64,000 nucleotides of DNA from a virus. The notes below the pieces were generated by a model that was given only the letters and a program-made list of their open reading frames with translations, searched no databases and was not told the origin of the DNA. A program made the position numbers and the translations under genes. The stretch lies in the IMG/VR virus record IMGVR_UViG_3300038309_000252, positions 1 to 64,000 of that record. One strand, 5' to 3'. Below are positions 10,501 to 20,462 of this stretch, one piece after another. Positions within the stretch are counted from its first letter, which is position 1, and each line of letters starts with the position of its first letter.

Positions 10501-11957
10501 ATATTACTTTAAGAACATATCTTGATTTCAGAACTAGAACATCTTCATTTTTCTTTCAGAATATTGGAGTAATGGTTCCTGGTTCCAATGTTCTTGCCTT
10601 AACAGATTTAAATATATCGCAACATATTACAAACCTTATTGGAAAATATGTTGTTGGTCCAAGTCATTTGCAAGGTGTTCAGATTATTGGAGCATCATTA
10701 AATCCAATTACTGGTGATACTGAACTAGTGCTTGATTCAAAAGCATTACCAACTGGTGATCCAAAGAATCCAAAATGGCAAGGAATCTATTATATTGGTT
10801 TAACTTTACAAAATGGAACAGATTTAACATTGACATCAAATGGAACTGCTGGAGACATGTCATTCAATGTTCCAAGAGCAAATTATGCTATTAGTTATCA
10901 ACCAACAAAGTTTAAATCAAAACAAACCTTAATTTATTTAAATAGGTCAAATGATTTAATTGAGTTGACACAAAAAGAAGTCAATTCAATTGATGAAGCA
11001 AATCAATTACATAGAAGTCCATATCAATTACCATTAACTTATGTTGCTATGGATCCTTATTGTGTAGACATGTCAAATGTTAGAGTAACACCATATGAAA
11101 ATCCAGTATATACAATGTTGGATATTCATGAAATTAGCAAAAAGGTTGACAGACAAGAATATTATGTTTCATTAGCTTTGAACCCAGACTTGAATAGTGA
11201 TATTCAACAAGCAGGAAGCAATCTTGATGTTTCTGCCAAAGGATTCTGGAATGAAAACTTTTCAGATATGCAATCACAAGAATTTGATAGTCCAGATTAT
11301 TCTTGTACAATATATGATAAGTCTTATGTTTCACCTGGTGTTATTACAACACCAATTAATTTGCAATTAGATCCATTAACAAGCAATAATTACAAATTAT
11401 CAGGTTCAAGCATTACACTTCCATATACAGAGCAAATTGCAATTTCTCAAGAATTATCAACTAGGTTTAATAATCTAAATCCATATAATGTAATTAATTG
11501 GAATGGAAAAATTGTTCTTTCTCCAGCAGTTGACAATTGGGTAGATGTAACAACAATTCCTGCTCCTATTGCAACACCTGATCCTGCTCCTCCTCCTGTA
11601 TATGATCCTCCACCAAATACTTCTGTTCCACCACCAGTTTTACCTGAACCACCAGTAGAAGAAATTATAACAAAAATTACAAATTTAATTCCTCATTGGG
11701 GTCCAGATAGTATTGGTTGTCATCATGCAATTTCCTTTGATTGGGAAACAAATAAAGGTAAAAAGGGTAGAGTAAGTACTGATCCTCATATTTCCTGGCA
11801 TGTAAGAATACATGGTTGGAGAGGTATCAATGGTGATTATGCTAAATCATTAATAAATAAAAAATATAATGATCATTGGGTAAAAGAATATCTTCACGCT
11901 GGTAATCCATTAGATCATGGATTACATGGATTAATTCAAAGGATTAAATATGATTAA
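7581..11957 (+). CDS. Large virion structural protein, VrlC/DUF4815-like, N-terminal part
   Basis: PYYDDFD..YYKVLFKPGFAVQARELNQLQSILQ, LLDNA.G..NQYAPGADRYKI and NLNPYNVINWNG motifs. Confidence 0.8.
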   Translation: MAINFKSGPYYDDFDPSKNYYKVLFKPGFAVQARELNQLQSILQHQVSTFANHVFKKNAIIIPGGIVINGVADMLQVTNIGDPTVLIGKTITNAPYFDLTDDSTLNGYITAVVIAVKPETDTTPAVLYLKYFKTQQNSNGTSRSVFDITDNVNGLKTVDQSIVSFKVHQNGATVGKVVTLNKGTFFTKNIFVDAPLQSFILEVDNQTVTNAAIGLDVVESFVSSDDDNSLLDNAYGAPNQYAPGADRYKIDLVLNRYNLTSIPNDEKFILMMRVEDNTVTYLNSTTEYAELMTTMAQRLYDANGNFIVTGLSTKISPTTDDEKLWCTVNPGRAYLGGYHYNQIAKQTVVIEKPRDAAHQEQLNVVNKYADDLTYFFIPGGTYLKQIPEINSLVQFVNIDPSVVGGKVLGYGVFRDIQYAFGDINTGKGIYRAYFDNVTFEKGVSTSSIGGIKTIINGEGFPILHALGISNVINGSGPFTIGDTIQAASDSTQSGYLYHYLNNILYLIKNTENPIPNMDTVKDIANGTTAQRGSTFVTNYDPMKIPLFNINKDTIKTLYTTINGNSINPTSFTITRKQVFSNLAIGVTTSSVLSGNDKYADISPFNYVVVVVNQGSETTYDLTEDGLITLDVIGGSKSYSINLPSGHSLLGKTVWIYSTVIKENESEAKKTVSSLKTITVKTPSDAYTPLEDQDIISVNKITEGRTQSIYLQSNQTNAILFDPDTGKTTVNTVEQHGLSVGDIVVIKGVESSNYPTSYPTVGYNGIFTVTDITSQLAFKISTPLTTVTFDPTTSLNVSTGIFTVNNHGFTTGDQVVYTQGTTSIGGLTNNQVYYAIVLTTNTFQLASTRANAINFIPITITSAGTGTTHKLTDQVPGSYIPGSGFVALPPSITNDTDVTTRYSFTSGQTHSLINTGAIKLKKSAIAPIGQLAVQYNYYNINSSGSYVSVDSYGDHTDDLSYIGNIKDILSPTKTNITLRTYLDFRTRTSSFFFQNIGVMVPGSNVLALTDLNISQHITNLIGKYVVGPSHLQGVQIIGASLNPITGDTELVLDSKALPTGDPKNPKWQGIYYIGLTLQNGTDLTLTSNGTAGDMSFNVPRANYAISYQPTKFKSKQTLIYLNRSNDLIELTQKEVNSIDEANQLHRSPYQLPLTYVAMDPYCVDMSNVRVTPYENPVYTMLDIHEISKKVDRQEYYVSLALNPDLNSDIQQAGSNLDVSAKGFWNENFSDMQSQEFDSPDYSCTIYDKSYVSPGVITTPINLQLDPLTSNNYKLSGSSITLPYTEQIAISQELSTRFNNLNPYNVINWNGKIVLSPAVDNWVDVTTIPAPIATPDPAPPPVYDPPPNTSVPPPVLPEPPVEEIITKITNLIPHWGPDSIGCHHAISFDWETNKGKKGRVSTDPHISWHVRIHGWRGINGDYAKSLINKKYNDHWVKEYLHAGNPLDHGLHGLIQRIKYD

Positions 11958-11980
11958 TTTTTTAAAAGTGGTAACATTAA

Positions 11981-14944
11981 ATGTCTAAACCAATAAAAAA
12001 TGGGAATAATTCTGGTGGTTTAATTAAAAAGGTATTTTTTAGACATCGTAGAACACCAAAAATCAAAATATTGGCACCTTTTGATGTCAATGTTTCTGTA
12101 GAAATTAATTCTAATAAAGATAAAAATAACCAAACAACTGGTACAACAGTTAATTCTGATACCACTAATAATACACCAGTTACTCCAGTAATTGCTGTTG
12201 CTGATCCAACACCTCCTGCAACTACTACTGAATCAACTGCAACATTAATTAGTGAAACTGCTATCATGTATATGAGAGCAAAGACCATTACTTTTCAGAT
12301 TACAGGTTTGAAACCTAATACAAAATATTATCCATTTTTCAGTGATGTTTATGTTGGTCAATATTGCAGTACAGTATCAGGACAATTATCATCAAATATC
12401 ATCACAGATTCTATTGGTTCTGCAACAGGCAATTTCTATTTACCCGGTGGAGTATTTACAACAGGTTCGCATACTTTTGAATTAGTAGATCATGTGGATA
12501 ATGATTTAGCTCCAACTAAACCAGATCCATTATACGGAACTGCTTCAACAACATATGAGGCAAATGGTACATTAAAAACAATGCAATCTCAGGCAACACC
12601 TGAAGCACCAATTGAAAATGCTCCAGAACCTACACCACCAAATGTTGTGAATCCAGAACCACCAGAGTTACCAACTCCAATTACTCCAACAGAACCTAAA
12701 CAACATCAATGCTCTGAATGGGTTTTTGAATATCGTATTATTACAGATATGAATGTAAAAACATTCACAGTTACTACTACAGAAAGATTGCCTCCTGCAA
12801 GTCCATCTCCACAGGCAGGAAGTACTAGTATTGATCCAAATATTATCATTTCAAATGTAAATTATCTAGATACTAAAATTAACGATAAAGGTCAATATAA
12901 TCATAGATATAGCTATTTGGAAACAAATGTTTCAAGTGTAAAACAACAATTTTGGCGTGGACCATTCTTTGATGCAACAAGATGGTTTGATTTTCTTCCT
13001 GATACATCAAGGTTTAGACCATCTGGATTATTTGAAAATCAAACAGTACAAGTAACAAAAAACTGGGCATTGAGCAGAGAAGTAGTTGCCTGCCCAGTTA
13101 TACCAGGATTTTTTACATTATTAAAGAGAATAATAGATCCTCTAGCACAATCATTTTACGTAGATAATAATATCTATCCTAATGGAATGTATATTTCATC
13201 AATTGAGGTATTTTTCAAAACAGTAGATCAATCAACATCTGTTTCATTAGAATTACGTAATATGGAAAACGGTTTACCTGGTTCCACCATCCTTCCAAAT
13301 GGACAGGTAATTGTTCCAGGATTTGCCACAGCTCAATCTGATGATGCATCAATGGGTACTATTTTTAGATTTGATACACCAGTATATTTACAACCACAAA
13401 TGGATTATTGTTTTGTTCTAAAATCAACATCTTTAGGTTATAATTTATGGTGTTCAAGGGTTGGTGAAACTGATGTAACTACTGGACGTGTTGTAGATAC
13501 AAATCCATATATTGGAACCTTATTTAAATCAGAAAATGATGATACATGGGTTCCAGATTCATATGAAGATATAAAATTTAATATTAGAAATGCTATTTTT
13601 GACAATAATGTTACCAGCAATTTGGTATTTAGACCACAAAGTTTTTCATCTAATGGAATTGCCCAATATTTTGCCACAAAACAATCTTTACCATTATCAT
13701 ATATTGTAACAACATATAATACAAAAACAATTACTGCAACTATTCCAATGCATGGATTGAATAGTGGTGATTATCTTTATGCTACTGTTCCTGTTACAGA
13801 TCATCAATTCGCTTATAATGGGTTACATTATAATCAATTAATTGGAGAGTTTATAGTAACAAGAATTGATGATGATACAGTACAATATACTGCTAAAACT
13901 GGAACAACTGTTGGGTTAACACAAGATTATCTAGCAACACGATCTGGATCAATTCCAATTAAGGATGGATTAACAGTTTTAGATTATACTACTCCATTGC
14001 TTCCATTACAACCAACAAACTATGCAACTGCAAAAATTACTAATCCAGATACATTTTCACCATCAACAATTCCTTCACCTGTTAATTCTCCTACTGCCAT
14101 TGATCCACCAGCATTTTTACAATCACCTGTATTTACAGTCTACACTAATCTTTTAATTAATGAAGCAATGATTGATTATTTGGGAACAGAATTAGAGTCT
14201 ACGAATATTACTGAAAAATTAAAGTTAGCTGTTGGATATCCACAATTGCCTGATGGAGATAGTCCATATACAGAAAGAGATTTTATTGAAGTTGAAAAAG
14301 ATGGTTCATTCTATCAATTTGATGAACCTAGAATGTTAGCTGCACCAAGAAACGAATCAGATCATGCATTGGAATTAGGGCAGGAATCAAGTACTGTTGT
14401 TAACATCAATCTCCAATCATCAGATAAAAATATTTCACCAATTATTGATATTGGTGGAATGTCTTTGATGACAAAAACTTATAAAATTGATAATCAATCA
14501 GATGAATTAACAACATTATTTCAAAATCCAATTCTTGATGATTTTAATGATTCATTGAAAAATAGTGAGATTTTACCTGGTAAAGGAAAAGCAGCTGCTA
14601 AATATAAATCAACAGTTGTACAATTATCTGATTTTTATAAATCAATGCGTATATATGTTGTTGGTAATTGTATGTATCCAGCAGCATTTGATTGTTATAT
14701 TAGAACTTCTACCGATGAATCTACACATCGTGATAGAAATTGGGTATGGGTTCCATTCCAAGGCGATATTACAATTCCATTTGCATCAAGTCCAGATAAA
14801 AATACAATGTCAGAATGGGAGTTTGTTTACTCAAACACAGAGACTTTTAATGTCTTTGATATTAAATTAGTTTTTAGAACAACAAACCCAAGTATTGTTC
14901 CAAAAATCTATACAATAAGAACAATTACAGATATTCTAGTTTAG
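11981..14944 (+). CDS. Large virion structural protein, VrlC/DUF4815-like, C-terminal part
   Basis: YMRAKTITF..GLKPNTKYYPFF, DPLAQSFYVD and PYIGTLFKSEN..W..EDIKF motifs, usually found in the C-terminal half of the same family. Confidence 0.75.
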   Translation: MSKPIKNGNNSGGLIKKVFFRHRRTPKIKILAPFDVNVSVEINSNKDKNNQTTGTTVNSDTTNNTPVTPVIAVADPTPPATTTESTATLISETAIMYMRAKTITFQITGLKPNTKYYPFFSDVYVGQYCSTVSGQLSSNIITDSIGSATGNFYLPGGVFTTGSHTFELVDHVDNDLAPTKPDPLYGTASTTYEANGTLKTMQSQATPEAPIENAPEPTPPNVVNPEPPELPTPITPTEPKQHQCSEWVFEYRIITDMNVKTFTVTTTERLPPASPSPQAGSTSIDPNIIISNVNYLDTKINDKGQYNHRYSYLETNVSSVKQQFWRGPFFDATRWFDFLPDTSRFRPSGLFENQTVQVTKNWALSREVVACPVIPGFFTLLKRIIDPLAQSFYVDNNIYPNGMYISSIEVFFKTVDQSTSVSLELRNMENGLPGSTILPNGQVIVPGFATAQSDDASMGTIFRFDTPVYLQPQMDYCFVLKSTSLGYNLWCSRVGETDVTTGRVVDTNPYIGTLFKSENDDTWVPDSYEDIKFNIRNAIFDNNVTSNLVFRPQSFSSNGIAQYFATKQSLPLSYIVTTYNTKTITATIPMHGLNSGDYLYATVPVTDHQFAYNGLHYNQLIGEFIVTRIDDDTVQYTAKTGTTVGLTQDYLATRSGSIPIKDGLTVLDYTTPLLPLQPTNYATAKITNPDTFSPSTIPSPVNSPTAIDPPAFLQSPVFTVYTNLLINEAMIDYLGTELESTNITEKLKLAVGYPQLPDGDSPYTERDFIEVEKDGSFYQFDEPRMLAAPRNESDHALELGQESSTVVNINLQSSDKNISPIIDIGGMSLMTKTYKIDNQSDELTTLFQNPILDDFNDSLKNSEILPGKGKAAAKYKSTVVQLSDFYKSMRIYVVGNCMYPAAFDCYIRTSTDESTHRDRNWVWVPFQGDITIPFASSPDKNTMSEWEFVYSNTETFNVFDIKLVFRTTNPSIVPKIYTIRTITDILV

Positions 14945-14951
14945 GTAAAAA

Positions 14952-17276
14952 ATGTCTATAGATTTGCTACTTTCTAGTGAAACAGGTTCATCATTAACTG
15001 ATGAACAAATGGATAATAATCTGTTAACTATTGAACAAGCATTAAATAATGACTTTGCATTAATTCAGGAAACACAATATAATCTAGATTCAACTCAAAA
15101 TGATTTAGCAGCATTACGACATACTGTAGATTTGATTGTTCCATTAGATCCATTAGGAAATACATTCTATAGTCAATTAGTTCTTCGTGTCCAACAACAA
15201 AGAGCATTAACAAACGAGGAAGTAGATAGTAACTTTGTTTATTTGGATTCAAAATCCAATAGATTGCGTGTTGATGTTGATACAATCAATAATGTTACTA
15301 TTCCAAATGTACAATCTGATTATAATGCAAAATTAGCAACAAAACAAGATTTAAATTCTAAATTGACATCTTTATCCAATATCAATACATTAGGTATTTT
15401 ATGTACTCAACAGGATCAAGTTTTTACTAGAAAAATTATTAGTTCACCATATTTGGTACTTGCTAATCAAGATGGTGTTAATGGTGATATTATTCTAGAT
15501 ATTGCTCCAACTGTTGTTACAATTGATGGACAGCAAGTTTTAACAAGAAAAACTATTGATGGAACAACAAATACAATCAAAAACGTTTCATTGGTAACTG
15601 GGGTTAAAGATAATCTACCTGTTAATTATGGAGGTACAAATGCAAGTACTCCAGAGCAGGCAAGGACCAATCTTAATACTTTAGTTAAACCATCTGGTTC
15701 TGGTATTGTTGTAAAAACTGGTTCAGATCAATCTGTAACAAGATCATTGAATGTTTCAGGGGTTGGGTTATCAATTCAAAATCCTGATGCAACAGGTGGA
15801 GATATTGTAATTTCAAGTTCTGCTACAGCTAGCAATACACCAAATACAGTAGTTGCAAGAAATAGTTCTGGTGGATTTAATGCTGGAATGATAAATGCCA
15901 ATGTTACTGGTAATTTAACAGGAAATGCTTCTACAGTTACTAATGGAGTTTATACAAATCAATTTTATAATAATCCATCTTGGATGTCTGGATTAGCAGG
16001 AAATAAGGTTACAAATATTCCCAATTCTTCATTAGTCAATTCTGGTGTTACCTTAAATAATACTTTTGTTGGATTGGGAAGTTCCTACGATTTTGATACA
16101 GGAACAACTGAAAATCTTCCATCTAGAATCGTAAAACGTGATACAAATGGTAATTTTTCTGCAGGTGTTATTACTGCATCGATTAACGGAAGTGCAACGA
16201 CTGCTTTAAGTTGTATTACATCATTAAGATCAGATACATTATCCACACCAAGAGCAATTAATGGTGTTTTATTTGATGGATCAAAGGATATCATGATCCA
16301 AGATGGAACTAAATTACCTTTAACTGGTGGAAGTATGGTTGGTAATATTAATTTACCAAATGATCCATTATCTGCGTTACATGCAGTAACTAAAAGATAC
16401 ACAGATAATAATGATATTGAAATTACATTTGGAACAAGTGTTTTATATTCTATTCCTATTATTGGTGACAAAGATGTAGATATCTTTCCGCCACCAGGTA
16501 GAACAATGAATGATTTTAAAGGGTTTCTACCTGCATTAGGTTCGTCACATTATGCTAAACCCACATACATATCAAGAATTATGTTTGTAATTGATGTTTC
16601 CTTATCAATGTATCATAGGCATTTTTGGAATAATACATGGCATGATACTGTTTACAAAGCAGCAGGAAAAGCAGCACAAGCATTAATCAATCATTATGTT
16701 AGCTTAGGTGAAGCTACAATTTGCATTATTAGAACAGCTAATGAAAAAGCAAAAGATTATTGCTGGTTTGATTCATATAATGATGCTTATCTTGCCTTAG
16801 AGGATATTATGTCTTCTGAATGGGAACAACACCAGAATTATCATAGAGGATCTGTAATTAATGCTTTTGATAATAAACCATTTGCTGATGATGCATCACA
16901 TATTGCCTGCCATTATTTTTCAGATGGCATGGAAAATTATGGCAATTTTGAAGCATTTGGTGGTGCAATTGAAACATGGAGAAATTACTGTAATCAAAAG
17001 AAAATTATGGCATATTCTGCCTGCATGCATGAATTAGGAAAAATAGAAAATATTACCAAAATGGCATGGGATGGTATAACTAAAGCAAGTATTAGGGCAT
17101 TTAGAGCATTAATGGAAGTTGATATTCCAAGAATCTATCATCCTGGCATTTATAATAATGCAAGTATTGAATATGTTATTATGAGTGATAGAATCAGAGT
17201 ATCATTGACAAACGGAATTGGTGTTGATGCTGCTCCAGTTAATTGGATTGCATTTTGGGGAAAACCACCAGCTTAA
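14952..17276 (+). CDS. Tail fibre-like protein with C-terminal vWA domain
   Basis: LTxEEVDxNF N-terminal repeats; fibre motifs (LPVNYGGTNAS, PRAINGVLFDGSKDI, HAVTKRYTD); C-terminal FVIDVSLSM (DxSxS) and YFSDG. Confidence 0.7.
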   Translation: MSIDLLLSSETGSSLTDEQMDNNLLTIEQALNNDFALIQETQYNLDSTQNDLAALRHTVDLIVPLDPLGNTFYSQLVLRVQQQRALTNEEVDSNFVYLDSKSNRLRVDVDTINNVTIPNVQSDYNAKLATKQDLNSKLTSLSNINTLGILCTQQDQVFTRKIISSPYLVLANQDGVNGDIILDIAPTVVTIDGQQVLTRKTIDGTTNTIKNVSLVTGVKDNLPVNYGGTNASTPEQARTNLNTLVKPSGSGIVVKTGSDQSVTRSLNVSGVGLSIQNPDATGGDIVISSSATASNTPNTVVARNSSGGFNAGMINANVTGNLTGNASTVTNGVYTNQFYNNPSWMSGLAGNKVTNIPNSSLVNSGVTLNNTFVGLGSSYDFDTGTTENLPSRIVKRDTNGNFSAGVITASINGSATTALSCITSLRSDTLSTPRAINGVLFDGSKDIMIQDGTKLPLTGGSMVGNINLPNDPLSALHAVTKRYTDNNDIEITFGTSVLYSIPIIGDKDVDIFPPPGRTMNDFKGFLPALGSSHYAKPTYISRIMFVIDVSLSMYHRHFWNNTWHDTVYKAAGKAAQALINHYVSLGEATICIIRTANEKAKDYCWFDSYNDAYLALEDIMSSEWEQHQNYHRGSVINAFDNKPFADDASHIACHYFSDGMENYGNFEAFGGAIETWRNYCNQKKIMAYSACMHELGKIENITKMAWDGITKASIRAFRALMEVDIPRIYHPGIYNNASIEYVIMSDRIRVSLTNGIGVDAAPVNWIAFWGKPPA

Positions 17277-17285
17277 GAGGGAATT

Positions 17286-17525
17286 ATGGCAAATTTAAGT
17301 TTAAGAACATTGAGTAGTACTCCTGCTGCTGTTGGGGATACAGTTACTACATTAAATATTCCATTAACATTAGCTCAAGTAGATACCAATTTTATCAATC
17401 TAAACCTTGCTAAATTAGATAAGAATAACAATCTTAGTGATTTGACAAATCTAGTAACAGCAAGAAATAATCTTGATGTTGACCAAGCAGGAACAGCAAT
17501 TGCCATGGCGATTGCATTAGGATGA
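17286..17525 (+). CDS. Small tail-associated protein
   Basis: LTLAQVDTNF, NNLSDL..ARNNL, ends AIAMAIALG; SD GAGG. Confidence 0.7.
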   Translation: MANLSLRTLSSTPAAVGDTVTTLNIPLTLAQVDTNFINLNLAKLDKNNNLSDLTNLVTARNNLDVDQAGTAIAMAIALG

Positions 17526-17530
17526 TTTGA

Positions 17531-17878
17531 ATGGCAAATACATTTAAAAGAAAAGTTTCGCAATCTCTTGGAACAACTGCTTTGACAGATGGTTCAACAG
17601 CTGTTGGAAGTTATACTGTTCCAGCAGCAACTACAGCAACAATTATTGGTCTTCTTTGTTCAAATAGAACAACAACTGATATTACAGTAGATATTGGACA
17701 TTATACTGGTTCTGTATTAACTTATTTGGTTAAAGATGCACCAGTACAAACAGGAAGCACAATGATTGCTGTTGGTGGCACACAAAAACTAGTATTAGAA
17801 CCTGGTGACTCTATTAGAGTTAGGTCAAATATTGCTTCTTCTGTTGATGTAATTATGAGTATTCTGGAAATAACATAA
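17531..17878 (+). CDS. Small virion beta-sandwich protein
   Basis: MANTFK..YTVPAAT..KLVLEPGD..VIMSILEIT pattern, commonly found after AIALG-ending genes in phages. Confidence 0.7.
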   Translation: MANTFKRKVSQSLGTTALTDGSTAVGSYTVPAATTATIIGLLCSNRTTTDITVDIGHYTGSVLTYLVKDAPVQTGSTMIAVGGTQKLVLEPGDSIRVRSNIASSVDVIMSILEIT

Positions 17879-18651
17879 TGGACTTGAATTATATTGGAAG
17901 AACAACACCTTTTTCAAGAACAGATACAGGATTTATGTATCTTTCATTTGAAAATCGTAGTAAATTAAGAACAGCAAATCCTGGAAATGGTGACTTTGCA
18001 TTAGTAGATACCCTTGGTTTATTTCGTTATGTTGCTGGTAGCACAATGACTGATGATGATCAAAGTTGTTTTGCTACTACAAATGGAAGATGGATTATTG
18101 ATCTAGTTACATGGGAATATATCCAAGCAATTGATATGGCATGGAGAGATAATGTAGATCATTCATTAATCAAGATGGTACCATATACGAATAGAGATTC
18201 TTTGAGAACTGGTGGATATCATAATCAACCAGCATTGGTGGACCAACTTGGTTTATTTCGGTTTGATGTCAATTCAACAATTGAAATTGATGATGATGAA
18301 ACCTGCTTTAGAGCACCAGCAGGAGCATGGTTATTGCAAGCTGTTCATTGGCAACAAGCAGCAAAAATGATTGATCGTTATTGGTCAAATTATCCAGCAG
18401 TACGAGCTAAAATACCAATGACATCTGCAGGATTAGGTTCTATTTCTTCCCATTCTATTACTTCATTTACTTTAACAGCTGCAAATGCACAAGTAAATGA
18501 TCATGTTTTAGTTACATCTAATTCTAATATTGTATCTGCATGGGGATATATTAGTGCAACAAATGTTTTGACAATTATGGTTAGAAATCCAATTGCAAGT
18601 ACAATTGATGCATCTGGACTTAAAGTTTCTGCAATAGTATTCGTTCAATAA
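17878..18651 (+). CDS. Tail fibre-module protein with internal duplication
   Basis: Two copies of NRxxLRT...ALVDxLGLFR...DDDxxCF...GxW; translationally coupled (TAATG). Confidence 0.65.
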   Translation: MDLNYIGRTTPFSRTDTGFMYLSFENRSKLRTANPGNGDFALVDTLGLFRYVAGSTMTDDDQSCFATTNGRWIIDLVTWEYIQAIDMAWRDNVDHSLIKMVPYTNRDSLRTGGYHNQPALVDQLGLFRFDVNSTIEIDDDETCFRAPAGAWLLQAVHWQQAAKMIDRYWSNYPAVRAKIPMTSAGLGSISSHSITSFTLTAANAQVNDHVLVTSNSNIVSAWGYISATNVLTIMVRNPIASTIDASGLKVSAIVFVQ

Positions 18652-19976
18652 TGCATTCAAATCAAGCAAATCAATTAATTAATGCAATTTTAATAGGATC
18701 AATTGATTCTGTTATTCTAGAACGTTTGCTTAATGATTCCACAAATGGAATTGCTTATCAGAATGCATATAAAGAAGCATTATTTTCTTATAAAGACTTA
18801 TTTTCTTCTTCAGATGTTATTGATAGACATCTAGGTTCAAATACAGCATTTAGTATTTTTACTCAAAATATTGAGTACATATCTAATGCATTTTTACCAC
18901 AATATACATTGAATATTGCAAATAGTTCTTTATTTATGACAAAAGTTCTTGGAAACACTACTTGTTTAGATTATTTAATGGTATATGATAACTGTGTTAA
19001 TTTTCCTAATTCAATGACAATATGTGAAAAACTGGCAACAACATCATATGCTTGCCAGAAAATTAGAGATGATGCATCTTTAAGAACACTATTCAATACT
19101 GACACTGCAGCATTGGCATTTCTTTTTAATAGTAATACAATTGGAACAACAGTTTCTGGTGATAATGGATATTCATTAACTATGCAAGATAAGTGGATTC
19201 CAAGCAAAAAGTTATGGGATACGACAAGTTATATCCCAATGAGAAAATATAACAATATATCTAGGTTTTTCATGGAAATCAGACATAATACAACATTATG
19301 TACTGATATTGTCTTAAATAGACCAGAAATATTCAAAACTGATATGTTGGGACAAACTCGTGAAAATGGGTTAAATCACTTAGCCTGGGGTACTGAATTT
19401 AGAAATGCATTAAGTAATAATTTAAATAATACCAATGCTAAATTGTCTGTTGATAATTGGTTAAGTTCTAGTAATGGCAGATCAACATATTATACTAATT
19501 TATGTAATATAGTTAATGGAGTTGATTTAAGATTGGTAATGGAAAATATGTCACATTCTATAATATATTCAACACCACAACAACAATTTAATAATGGAAA
19601 TGGTGTTGAAATAATACCACAAAATAACATTGCTAATTCTGATTTAGGAATTATTACACAAATTATGCTTGTTGGTAATATCAGATATGATATTAATGAT
19701 AATATTATTAAAAGGATTAACACAACTGGTAATGTTAATACATTTATTAGTGGTATTAGAATTTCATCTAGTTTTTGGAACGGTTCTAATCAATACTATG
19801 ATGAAGAAGGAATATATTATTCTTTTACCAGAGGAAATTATTGTAAAATAAATTGTATAACATGGTCTGGACATCAATATAATCTGAAAATAGATAAAAA
19901 AACATATAAATATACATTAAATGTACCTTCTACAGAATTATTTACATGTGATACATATGTTTTACCATGCGAGTGA
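18651..19976 (+). CDS. Hypothetical helical-repeat tail-associated protein
   Basis: 441-aa coupled ORF; N-terminus resembles that of 20449-22434. Confidence 0.6.
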   Translation: MHSNQANQLINAILIGSIDSVILERLLNDSTNGIAYQNAYKEALFSYKDLFSSSDVIDRHLGSNTAFSIFTQNIEYISNAFLPQYTLNIANSSLFMTKVLGNTTCLDYLMVYDNCVNFPNSMTICEKLATTSYACQKIRDDASLRTLFNTDTAALAFLFNSNTIGTTVSGDNGYSLTMQDKWIPSKKLWDTTSYIPMRKYNNISRFFMEIRHNTTLCTDIVLNRPEIFKTDMLGQTRENGLNHLAWGTEFRNALSNNLNNTNAKLSVDNWLSSSNGRSTYYTNLCNIVNGVDLRLVMENMSHSIIYSTPQQQFNNGNGVEIIPQNNIANSDLGIITQIMLVGNIRYDINDNIIKRINTTGNVNTFISGIRISSSFWNGSNQYYDEEGIYYSFTRGNYCKINCITWSGHQYNLKIDKKTYKYTLNVPSTELFTCDTYVLPCE

Positions 19977-19979
19977 CAA

Positions 19980-20462
19980 ATGAAATTAGTTATTGATAAT
20001 AATAAAATTATTGCAACTGTATCTGATGATTTTATGACAGAAATGGAAACTATTTCTTGTCCTGATATCTTCCATCCAATGCTTATTGATTTTTATATAA
20101 TCAAAGAAGATAAATCAGTTTCTTTTGACTCTCATAGATATCTAAAACAAGTTGCACAAGAAAATCTAGATAAGTTTGCTCAAGAAAAACATTATGATAA
20201 TATGTTGACTCTTTGCTCTTATGCATCAGATATAAATCCTGTTTATGCTAAAGATGCTAAAATTGGATTAGAATTGCGTAGTTCTTATTGGTCAAAGATT
20301 TTTGAAATCATTGCTGATATTGAATCAGGAAAAAGACCACAAGTTACATTGTTTGAAGAAATAGAATCTGAATTACCAGTTTTGCAATGGAAGGCAGAAA
20401 CACAAGAAGTAATTCCAGAAGTAGCAAAACCTGTAAGAAAACGTAAGAATGCTACAACGTGA
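19980..20462 (+). CDS. Tail fibre assembly/chaperone-like protein
   Basis: LDKFAQEKHYDNMLTLCSYA..W..IESELPVLQW pattern of fibre assembly proteins. Confidence 0.6.
   Translation: MKLVIDNNKIIATVSDDFMTEMETISCPDIFHPMLIDFYIIKEDKSVSFDSHRYLKQVAQENLDKFAQEKHYDNMLTLCSYASDINPVYAKDAKIGLELRSSYWSKIFEIIADIESGKRPQVTLFEEIESELPVLQWKAETQEVIPEVAKPVRKRKNATT

Noticed and set aside
11955-11980. Programmed frameshift at TTTTTTAAAA joining the two VrlC-like ORFs
   Set aside because: The run lies after the TAA stop of the first ORF, so ribosomes would not reach it.
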